DNA of 59,888 nt, the filler included, from Rhizaria sp. SCN 62-66 (lineage: Eukaryota): the NCBI GenBank assembly GCA_001724265.1. It is 2 parts of 2 records of this genome, joined end to end, with 100 filler letters (N's around TTAATTAATTAA, not from the genome) between each part and the next. Parts side by side here need not be neighbours in the genome. Positions count along the whole stretch, not along the records: positions 1 to 29,899 come from MEDY01000373.1; 1 more part is not named here. One strand, given 5' to 3'. Position numbers and translations under genes: made by a program. Of this stretch, positions 1 to 11,200 are shown piece after piece (the stretch's first letter is position 1; each line of letters opens with the position of its first letter). Below the pieces are notes generated by a model, which was given only the letters and a program-made list of their open reading frames with translations, ran no database searches and was not told the DNA's origin.

Positions 1-1
1 T

Positions 2-628
2 TGCATGGTGATCCGTCTTGATGACAAACGGCTCCCTCATAACGCAGCACACTTCCGCACTGCAGCTCAAAGTTGGGCATTGGGTTCCCGATTGCACCAC
101 TGCTTCGTCCCTTCAGGTCAGTCCCCGGGCACTTGTCTACCGTTTGCCACACTGCATTGTGACTACGGACCCTCATGTGCTAAGGCGCCAATCAAACTTC
201 CTGAGACCGACATTGTTTACGGTGAGTACACGGCGCCCGCTGCCAACGCAAACGTGACATATCCAGTCGGCACAGTGCTGATGTACCCTCGCGAAGTTGT
301 GCCTCGTGAGAGGTTTCTTTCAATTTGCGGGGCATAGGACTCCCCATGGTTCATTGTGTTCAAGCCTTGCGCTGCCACTTTGCTGCGCGGCGCGGTGCCG
401 GTCGGGCGTGTGATGTCGTTTGTGGAGGGGGAAACTGCATCAAAAAGCGATAGTAGTGCGCAACCATTTGATGCAAATGTGTTGCAGTGCTTTGAAACCT
501 ATGCCACTCCGCAGCCAGGTCAAAATTGCAAACATAACGAGTCGTTAATGTATTTTGATGTGTTCATGCCTGTAGACACTGATACGCATGAACTTATGAA
601 CCCTACGCAACTAACAACGCCAGCATAA
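2..628 (+). CDS. 3' part of an unknown protein (5' truncated by window edge); one in-frame TAG at 335-337
   Basis: ORFs 5..337 and 356..628 are in the same frame (offset 351 nt) and joined by GCA-TAG-GAC-TCC-CCA-TGG-TTC-ATT-GTG with no other stop. Ends at TAA 626-628, followed by AT-rich sequence. No family recognised. Confidence 0.6.
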
Positions 629-981
629 CTTTAATCAATCGACTATATACGTTGAAATTCGCACAAAAAGATCACAAGTCACACCCAAAACAGTGTTACA
701 GATACAGCATAATCTTGTGCTAAAGTAGAGATGAAGTTCAGCCACGATCATTCGCAGCGCACGATAATCTTCTGGACACTTAAGGAGTTTAGCATGTATC
801 AGTGATAGAAGAGATTAAGCAAGGATTTATTCATTGAATACCAAATTACAATCAAAAAAAAAATGGGAATATTAACACATCAACTTAACCACCAATCAAT
901 AACAAGCACACAGTCGAACAAAACTAAAAACCAACAACGAAACAAAGTCACAATTAACAGCACTCACGAATTGCGTATTTT

Positions 982-3900
982 TTACATATTCTTGAGTTCA
1001 TTCGCGAACTTGGCCGCGACTGCCCTTTCACCGAGGATCATATCCTTCTTGGTCACCACCGCCACAGGGCGGTGCAGTGTATCGAGCAGCACGACGCGGG
1101 ACATGCCGACCTGGCGGAACATGCGCCACAGCCGGTTGCCAGATGTCTCCGCGGCGACTCCGTACGCGCCGCGGTCGGCGATGTGCAGCACGTTGAGCCA
1201 CTCGCTCGCTTCGGCAGGGTCCACCAGTCTACTCACGACCGCCCCCGCGCCCGCGCTGGCACTGGCGGCAGCGGCAGACGCGGATGCGCCGACGCCGCCG
1301 GAGACGGACAGAGACCCGGGACGAGCAAGCAGAGGGCTGCGGTCTGCGTCGCCGTGCCCGTTATTCGCGGCGGCGGCGGCGGCAGCGGCGGCGGCGGCGG
1401 CGGCGGCGGTGGCCTTGGAGTTGTCTTTGCGCGAGCGTTGCTGCTGCGCGGCCTGGTCCTCGAGCCACTCCACGGCCGCGGACACGGCCTTCTTGGAACT
1501 CGTGAGGCACGGGTGCTCCAGCTCCCCGCCCCCGCCACGCTGCTCGCGGTCCGCGTCGGCCGTGTCGTCGACCACGGTCACGGACACGGCCCCGCGCGAG
1601 GCCGCGGCCGAGACGGCGGGGGCCTCAACCGCATCTGCCTCAGCTAGGGCCTCGGCGGCGGCGGCGGCGGCCGCGGCGGCGCCGGGACCGTAGAGCTCGG
1701 GGATGGTAACCTCGAGCAGCCCCTCGACAACGTCGCGCGGAACTGGCGGCAGCGCTGTCATCGCGGAAAGGGTGTTGGCGGCCACGGCGAGGCGATCGCT
1801 GTATGGCAGCTTGGACACCGACGTGAACGGCGGCACCTCCGCAGCCGCAGCAGCGCCAGAGCCGGTGCTCTCACTCGAAAGCGACGACGACGATGAGGAC
1901 GTGGAGGCAGCAGCGGCGGCGGTGGCGGTGGCAGCGTCCGACGTGCGGCGGAGATGCTCGCGCACGTCCTTGGTCTGCTGCGCCAGATACAGCAGCGCCA
2001 TGGCCACGAGAGCGCGCGCGCGGGACGTCGGGTGGCTGCGGAGCGCCTCGGTCACGGTGCGGAAGCGCGCCAGCGGCGACAGCGAGGGGTCGGCCTCGGC
2101 CGCGACCGCAGCAGCTGAGTGGAGGTCAAAGCCCCGCACCATCGTCAGGTGCGGCGCTCCAGTCGAGCCCGCAGTGACGCCGCCGCTGCCACCTGGGGCG
2201 GCGGCAGAGGAGGGCGGTGGGAGCTCGTTGTTGCTGGGGGCATCGCGCGGGGACATCATGTCCGCCGCACTCTCACGTTCGCGGACCAGCCCCGCGCCCA
2301 AACCACTGACACCGCGCGTCGACGCACTCGCACTGTTGTTGTTGCTCGAGGCAAAGGCGATGCGGAGGTCGCGGACCGAGGGCTGGAGGTGCGTGGCTGC
2401 GCGGGAAGCGTCGCGCGCGGCGGCGCGGCGGGCGGCCATGATGCGGTGCAGGCTTGCCGACCGCTCCAGTAGGGCCTCGAGGTCAGCACGGGAGACGGTG
2501 CCGAGGAATGAGCCGGCGCCGAGCTCGGAGACGGGGGTCGAGGCGGCCAGCGCGGCCAGCGAGCCGTAGCACAGCGGACCCTGCTGCTGCTGTTGCTGCT
2601 CCACCTGCTGCTGAGACAGCTTCAGAGGTTGCTGCGGCTGCTGCGATTGTGAGACCGGAGTCGTGATATCGGGCAGCGGCAGTGCGAAAGCCGAGGCGGC
2701 CGCTGCGGAGGCCGACACCGTCGACACAGACGCGGCGGCAGCGGCGGCGGCTGCAGCGGCGGCGGCGGCGGCGGCAGCGGCATTGGCGTTGGCGACCGCG
2801 GCGGCGGCGGCGCGCGCGGAGGCCGTCGGCGCGGGCGCTGCTGCGCGCGGCACGACCAGCGCCGCGGCGCCGGCCTTGGCGAAGGCGCGCAGCGAGTCTG
2901 TCCGCAGCACGGGCAACACGGTGACGACGGGGAACGCCGAGTGCGTGGTGAGGGTGAGCAGCGCGCGGATGCGGGCGGTCGTGTCGACCTCGCCGACGCA
3001 GCACATGTAGTTGATCGACAGCGGTTCGCGCCAGCCGGGCAGCGGTGGGTCGCGCAGAGGCACGGGGACGCGGAGGATCGCGCCGTTGACCACGGTGAAG
3101 GCGCCCGCGCGGCCGGCGCGGAGGCGAGCGAGCCAGTACGCTGAGCGCGCCGCCGGGGAGGCGTCGGCGGGCGGCGGCGCGACGAGCGTGTTGTACGCGC
3201 TGATCGGCCCAGTGGCGACGGGCTGGCCGGGGTAACGCGGGGCGGGCGGCGGGACAGAGAAGGGGACGGGCGCTGCGACGGCCGTGGACGCCTCGACAAC
3301 CTCAGCGGCAGTGACCTTGGAGAGCGCGGGGTGAGGGCGCTCGCCGAGGGTGAGATACGAGGTGCGGAGCTTCATTTCCTCGGCTTCGAGGCCGCCGGAG
3401 AGGGCATCGGCGATGAACTTGCTGCAGATGATCGTGATCATGATCGGGGTGAGAAACTGCACGTCGGAGGTGAACTCGACCATCATGACGGCGAGTGGCA
3501 GCGTCAATCGGTTGATCGCGGCCAGTGTGCCGACAGAGCCCAGCACTGCGTAGACGCCCAGATTGACGCTCTCGCCGACTTCTTCGAGCACGAGGCCGAA
3601 GAAGCGGCCGAAGATGGCGCCGATAATGATCGCGGGCATGAAGAAGCCGCCCGGCGCGGCCGACTGGTACGAGATATTGGTCAGGATGAAGTAGCCGAGC
3701 ATGAACGCCAGGGTAACGCCAAACGAGAACTGGTTCGGCTGGCCCTCAGTGCGGTCCCACAGCAGCCGCACGAGCTGCTCGGGATTGCCGAAGAAGAGGG
3801 TGCCGACCTGCGAGAAGCTGCCCTCCGGGCAGGACAGCCGGTAGCAACGCTTGGGATGGTGGACACACATCGGGAACGAGTCCTCTCTAACGGGGGTACA

Positions 3901-6900
3901 CGAGAACGACAGAGTAAGGATGATGCCGGGCACGACCAGGGCGATGGCGAGGTAGAACATAAAGCGCATGTGGGGCCAGAGGCGGTGGCCGAAGTGGTCA
4001 ATGCGGTACCGTGACAGAACCAGGTTCACCTGAGGAGCAAAAGGGAAAGAAGAGAAAAGATTTGTTCAAGTGAGATATTGGACCCAAAAAAAGCACGACT
4101 CGGGAGATAAACATTTAAAACGAACATGATACAGAGCATTCAAAAAAATATACTCCGAAAGAGTTTGATATTGTCGGTGACAGCGACATACCTGCGTGAA
4201 GAAGACGCCCATGAGCCCGGTGGCGACCCCGAGCCCACAGACGACAAAGAGCTCGCGCGTGTTCATCGCAGGCACCTGCGGCATGTCGACATCGATGAAC
4301 CCGCGGTCGGGCAGCAGCGAGTTGTCGCCCTTGACGAGGTTGCTGACGACGACAGAGACCAGGGACGTAAAGAAGAGGCGCAGAGTGAGCTGCAGAGAAA
4401 GGGACTCGCGGGCCATGCCCTGAAGCATCACGATGCCGGCCAGTGGCGCGTTGAATGCTGCCGTGAACCCCGCCGCGGCGCCGCACGCGATAAACGAGTG
4501 CTCATCGGCCGCGCTCGAGAGAGATTTGGCGAGGATCTGCAGCATTCCCGAGACGGTAAGTTCGGACGCCAACGCGATGGGCGACTCATCGTCGTCGGCG
4601 CCGGTCAGAAGCGGGCCCTGGGGCGTGTAGGGCGCAGGCACGGGTGCGGCGCGCGACGGTGGCACGTACGACGCCGGAAGCGTGCCGATCTCGAGCTCGG
4701 CAATGCCCGATAACGCGCTATTCTTGCTGAGTCGCGTGTTCTCATCCGCGTCGTCGTCGTCATCGTCGTCGTCGTAGTCGTACTCAAGCGTCACCGCAGA
4801 GGCCGCGTTGCTGTTGCTCCGGTTCCCGGCCGCGCCCCCCGCCGCCGCAGCAGCAGCCGCGGCAGCGCTGGTGGCGCTGGTGGTCTTGAGGAGCGCGACG
4901 ATCGAGTCGGTCTGACGCAGCCCCGGGTCGACGTGCGTCATCATGTAGTCGCAGAGACGCATGCGCGACTCGGTGCCGCGGGACATGCGCGCCGCGGCGC
5001 GGGCGGCCGCGGCAGCGGCAGCAGCGTCGGCGGGCGTGTAGGCAACGGACTCGCGGTGCAAGCGCTCTGCCAGCGGGCGCGGCGGCGGGAACGACCGGGT
5101 CACAGTGCCGTCCTGCGGTAGTGAGACGAGAGCACAGAAAATGAGGGGATATTGTGAGATATAAATGAGATATAACAGGAAATCAATGAAATAGTAGTAC
5201 TATAGTATTAAATTAAAAATCGCAAAATTTTTAAATATAATACTACTATTCCGCGACGTACTTGTCCGAAGCCGACGCCGACGTCACTTCCTCCCAGGCC
5301 CATCCCGGTCCCCCCCAGTCCGTCGTTGTGCCCCACAACAGAGCCACCGGGGGTCAGCACACCGACGTCAGACTGTGCCGAGTCGTCCAGATCGAGCTCT
5401 TCGCGGCCGCTATGACGCGAATACCCCGCGGCAGCCGCCGGAACAGGACCGTTGTTGTTGCTGTTGCGACCGCCGCGGTTGGAGTGGCGACGGCGGTCAA
5501 CCACGTCCCAGCCCTCTGAGCCGTCCTGGGCCGGGACGAGCACGAGCGGCGACAGCGAGAAGCGCCGCTCGAAAGCAAACCACAGCGCGGCGGCGCGGCG
5601 CGCGAGCGGCCCCGCGGCGGCGCGCGGCGGGCCTAAGCACGGGTTGCGGCGGCACCTCTGGTGTTTGTTGATCAGACAACAGCAGAGGGCGCGGACGACG
5701 CGCGCCGTGGCCGGAGACGCGACGACGCGGACCAAGAGCGTAGTGACCTGGCGCGCGATGAGGCCGCCCATGTGAATCAGCGGGCCCTGGAGCCCGGACT
5801 TGAGGTTTGCGCCCAGAGCGAAGATGAGGGAGACGGTTTTGGCGGCGAGGACTTTCATGGTGAAGATCGGCAGCGAGGTGTTAAAAGAGCCGTCTAAGTA
5901 GGCGGCTAAGTGGGGAATACCGGAGCCGCGGATGGGATAGTACCCGCCCATGAACGACACGACGACGAGCGCGGCGCCGAGCACCAGCGTGATAAACACA
6001 CCGACGATCATGGCCGCGACTGGCCAGAGCCAGTGTAGCCCCGAAGAGAAGCCCTTCACGCCGCCGTTGCGCTGCATGAAGAAGGTAATAGCGGCGATGA
6101 GCGTGGTGTAGAGCCCGCGGACGCCGAACTCGACTGCGAGGCCGAGACACGACACGGCGACGCCGATGATGAGGCAGATGAAGAAGCGCGCAAACTGCGG
6201 CCACACGGACTCGAGGAACGAGACCTGTGCGTAGGTGTGTGCGCGCGCGATGCGCTCTTCATCGAACGTCGTCTCCATGCTGCCGGCGCCAATGCCGCCG
6301 CTGCCCAGCCCGCCGTTGCCCCCGCTGCCACTACTACTCCCGTTGTTATTATTGTTGATAGCAGCGAGGTTGTCGGTGGAGAACGAGGGTGGAATCGGGG
6401 TCGTGTTGTCCGCGACTAGTCCGCCGAGCGCGGGCGCCGGCGACGGGGAGAACGCAGGGGACGCGGAAGGTGTCGCAGCAGCACTCACGGACCTGCTAGC
6501 GGCACTATTTACACCACCGCCGCCACCGGTTTGGAAACTGCTGCTAGTGTTGTTCACGATTGCGCTGGAGACGGGGGGGCGCAGCGAGGGGTTGTTGCCG
6601 AGGAACTTGGGGCCGAATGCTTCGTCAAAGTCCCTGATGAGCACGTCCACGACATGCTTCGTGCCCGGGAGGTGCGGGTCCACGTCCCGCCGAGCCGGCT
6701 GGCATCCATACACTGCCTCGGCGCCCGACACAGGGCCCGAGGATGAAACTGAGGAGGCGACGCCGAGGCGAGGGAGCAGGTCCGCGGGCGCGGGGACGCG
6801 GGTGGACAGGGCGGCGAGCGTGGGTCCCAGTAGTTCGGTGGTTGCGTGGGATGTGAGGTCGTCGGTGAAGTCAACCGTCTCCATATAGTCGATCTCCTTG

Positions 6901-7268
6901 ACGACGCCCGCGCGGCGCGAGGACGGCGCCGGGCGGCCGCGCGGGGACAGCAGCGGCGACGATAGCTCCGCCAGCGCAATCCCGCCGCCGGTGCTGCTGC
7001 TGCTGCTACTGCTGCTGCTGCTGTGGGCCTGGCCGTTGTTGTTGGGGGAAGTGGAGGATGAGTGGATGATGGGGACGAGGCCGCCGGTGCTGCTGGCGTT
7101 GGAGCCCGCGCGCGGGGCGAGCGACGGGGACGCCGACGGTGGACGGCTCGACGCGGCAGAGCCGGGAGTCGTGGAGCCAGAGCCAGCGGCCGCGGATGCA
7201 GAGGCGTTATTGTGGGAGCCGACGGAGGGCAGGCGACGGGAGCTGGGGAGCTCGCCGTCGTTGTCCAT
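982..7268 (-). CDS. CLC-family chloride channel/transporter with C-terminal CBS pair; exons 7268-5262, 5112-4192, 4029-982
   Basis: CLC motifs GSGIP, GLQGP (GxEGP position), GAAAGFTAAFNAPLAG, PGGFFMP (GxFxP) and RLTLPLAVMMVEFT. CBS-like segments HSAFPVV..FLGTVSRADL and MFRQVGMSRVVLL..VVTKKD. Phase-0 introns GTACGT..CAG (5261-5113) and GTATGT..CAG (4191-4030) join the three ORFs. Stop TAA. Confidence 0.9.
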
Positions 7269-8234
7269 GGTGGTGGGGCGCGGGGGGTTAGACAAAACAA
7301 GCGGGTAGAGCCGTGGTGCGCTCTGTGATAAAGGCGTAGGACGTGTGAGATAAGACACAAGAGAGAGACATGCGTGGTGGGTTGAGTCCAAGGAGACGCG
7401 TGTAAGCAAGTTTGAACCAAGGATGCGGATCCGTGCGAATAATGGGATTTGCATCAACTAAATAAACGACTGTTGAGTCCGTAAAAGCATAAGAAATACA
7501 ATGTAGCCGTGCAGACCTCGACATAATACACGCAGTGAAGAAATACGAGTCGATGAAGAAATAATCGATTGTGCGAGATTGCCCTAAGACCAATGTGACC
7601 GGCGACGAGGCAGAGGCCTCACCAAGGTCATTTTTTGGCAACTTGAGGGGTGATCGCAGAAACCGCGGTATATACGCTTTTTTGTGAATATAAACCTCTT
7701 TTTTTGAATGATTGTGGTCGCTTTTTGAAATTTGAATTTCTGTGTTTAAAATTTGATTCTGCAACTACATCGTCTTGGAGCGAATTTCTGAAAACGCAAC
7801 TTCAGAGTCAAAGTAGGGGGGCTAAATATAATAGGATATAATTGTGAAATTAGTAAATATACAAAAATAAACCCGTCAATATACTATCTTAAGTGTCACA
7901 ACATTAAGAAAAGCAAAAATTATTAAGTTAACGTTTGATTATAATAAGTTATATCCCGTCATAGTTAAGTAGCCGATTTCGCACGAGTGACCTACCAAGC
8001 GTTTGGTGGTCTTCTAATCAGGGGATTTCTCAGAATGACGTAAATCGCCGCCGTAGAGAAGGTAGACGCAGCCGCCGTCCTCACACGCAGATTTAATGAG
8101 ATGAAGTCAATTCGGGAAAAAATGTAGAAGAGCATAATCTGAACACATAAACGACAACGAATAAAACTTGTATTTTTGAAGATATTTCTTGTGTTTCTTT
8201 TCAAGTTGATGATCTTCGGCTCCACAGATTTTCT

Positions 8235-11200
8235 TCAAGTGAGCCGACCTTGCTTGGCCTCGCCATCACTCCCCGGGGCTACAGTCTCTACGCCCATTAC
8301 ATCCGCATTTTCAGGGCTGCGCTGCGTCAACTGTGGCGGACTATGCAGCGTCTGCCGGTGCAGTTGCTTCGCTTTGAGCTGTCTCCGTGCGCGCGCCTCT
8401 GCCTCCGCGCCACCCTGTCCCCACCACTCGCCACTGCCACACTGCGCATCAACGCCATCACAGTCGCCAATGGTTCCGTTGTCCGGCACCTGCGCGGGGG
8501 CCATGCCCGGCTGTCCACATGCAGCGGACAACAGAGCGGGGCGCTGGTGAGCAGGTTTGTGGGGCTTCACAACACACGTACCACTCTGCTATTGCAGTTG
8601 ATGCTCGTGTTTCCCAACCTGCTGCACTTGTTGCTGCTGCGCAGCCGACCAGGGCCCGCGTGCAAGCGACAGCCGCGGCGCGTTGCGATTGCTGCTGGCG
8701 GCAAACCCGGCGGCCGTACTGCCGTTCAGGAACGCGGCGCCGAGCGAGCGCGCAGTGTTACCGTCCCTGCGTGCGCAGGCGTTGGCGTTGGCGTTGGCGT
8801 TGGCGTTAAAGGCAAACACACCGTTGTCATTCTCGTCACACCCACGGCCGTGTTCGTGCTCCAAGTCACTGATACTCTCAGAGTGGTCGATACCGCAGTA
8901 TGCACCCAATGCAAACGCACAGTTTGCTTTGGCAGTGTTCACGTTTACGACTGTATCAACGACAGTCGTGCCAAATGAGCTAGACAGACCTGCGACAGCT
9001 GCTATTGTAGCCTCTGAGTTATCCACAGTTCGGTGCACATTGGTCTCATTTACCTGCTCGTGGAGCGACTGCTGCAGTAGCTGTGGTGGTGGCAGTGACT
9101 GAAGCATTGACTGCGGCACAAGATGCGGGAATGGCATGTGCTGTTGTTGAGTTGGTGTGAAGCCAGTGAGTCGGCTCACCGAGTCTAAGGGCATGTCGCA
9201 AGCCAAATGCCCCGCCGCACACTGGTCTAAGGGAGCCAGGCTTTGACTGTGGAGCTTTCTCTCGGCGTCGATGTGTACCTGCTCACAGTCACCCGCTCCC
9301 GGAAGCAACTCGACATCAGCAGCAACTTTGATAGCGGTGTCGGTCTGACTGCGCTTCATCGCACCAATTGCTGTTGCATCGCCAGAGCTCGTGTTGCAGT
9401 CAAGATTAACGTGAATGGCGCCGGTCTCCGCGGTCGCGGCAGCGTCGCCGCGGCCAAAAATTGGGCTGACATCAGCAAGCACGGGTGTGATGACTGCAAG
9501 AGGTGCTAGCGCGGCAATACCTGCTTGTGGTGACTGCGCAGCGCTGCTGTGTAAGAACCCGATGCCTTTGGCGTGCGCTTGTAAGTACTCCGCGTGTAAG
9601 TACTCGGCAAAACCGCCCTGCAGCGCGTGGTAGCCGCCGCTGCGCCGGTCGAATCCGCTGTGCACGCTGCCCGCCGCCGCCGCGGCCGCTGCGTTGGGGA
9701 TGTCGATACCGCGCTCCACAGCCACGGCCACTGACGTCGCGGTCGCATTCGCTAGCGCAGTTGAGGTTGCAGCTGTAGCCGCAGCGCCGCGTATGCGAGA
9801 AAGGCCTCGGCAGGCAGCGGCGCCGGCGCCTGAGCTGTTATCGGTATAGTAGTAGCTGTATCCTGCGTGCTGCTGGTCGTTCGGACCGTGTGAGTCGTGG
9901 TCGTGAACACTGTTGCCCTGCAGGCCGTGCTGGCCGTGGGCCTGCAGACCGTAGCCGCCGCTGAAGTCGCCGGAATTGCCGCGCCGAGCGCGCGTGCGCC
10001 GCGGTGTCTGCTGCTGGTGCTACTGTTGCGGTTGGAGCCGCTGCCGGTGCTGTCGCAGAGGGGCAACGCTTGCGTGGTGGTGATACTGATGCTTGGCGAC
10101 CCCGGTGGCGCCTAGTCTGTTGCGCGCAGCCTCACTGTCGTCCCCACTGGCTCTGGGCTGGTTCTCGCACTCGCTGTCTGTGCCGCTGTCGTTGGTAAGT
10201 GCGCTGCGGCTGAGGCAGAGACTGCCTTCGCCCTCGCCGCTGCTGCCAAACACGCAGTCGTTGCTGCCGGCGCCAGCACCAGAGCCCGTGCCAGTGCCGA
10301 TGCCCGCGCTGCTGCCGCCGGGGCAGAGGCCGAACCCCAGTCGCAGCGGCATGGTCTGCGGCGGCGTCTGACGCGGGTACTGGCGTTGCTGCCGCGGCTG
10401 CAGTTCGAGTCCTTGCTCTGGACTGAGCGTGACCGCGGCGACCGGGATCGAGTGTGTCAACGGCGTCGCGGGGAGCAAACCGCCGGCGTCGTGATTACCT
10501 CCGCCGCCGCCGCTGCTGCTGCTGCTGTTGCTGTGTGGCACGGTCACATGCGGCGTGCCGTGGGTGATTGCGAGGCGCAGTTCGTGCATCTGCATTTCAC
10601 GGTTCTTGTCGTGGTTATGTGCAAGTGCGGTGCTGTTGTTGATGAACACAATAGGGAAGGCTGCTGCAGCGGCTGCATCCGTTGCCGCGTCTGAATCAGT
10701 CGCCACCGAGCTTGACATAGTCCCAGACGCCTTCGCTGCAGTGAACGCAGCGACGGTTGCGGCGTCGTAAAACGCCGGCGCGTACCGATACAGCCCACTG
10801 CCGCCGCCGTCAGCGCCCCCGTCCACAGAGCGCAGGCCGCTGCTGTCGCCGCTGCCGCCGCGGGCTTCCCGCCGCAGCGCAGGCGCCGGCGTCGAGGCGG
10901 CCAGAGACGCGGCCAACGACCCCGCGCCGCTGCCGCCGCCGAAGTCGTCGCGGTGGCCGCCGGCGCCGCCGCCGCGCGTGCTGTTGGTGACGCTGCGCAG
11001 CGCGGGCGACGGCAGCACGGGCGCGGCGGCCAGCGCGGCGAGCGGCCGCGGCGCGCCGAAGGGTTGGGTTGCCGTCGCGGGTGTTTCGCCGAACGCTGTG
11101 TGGGGAAAGGCAGACGCCGCCGCCGTCGCGGTGTCGGTGTCGGAGAACGCGACTGCCGCCGCGGTGAGCCGAGGCGCGCCCGTGGGATTGTTCCCCGTCT

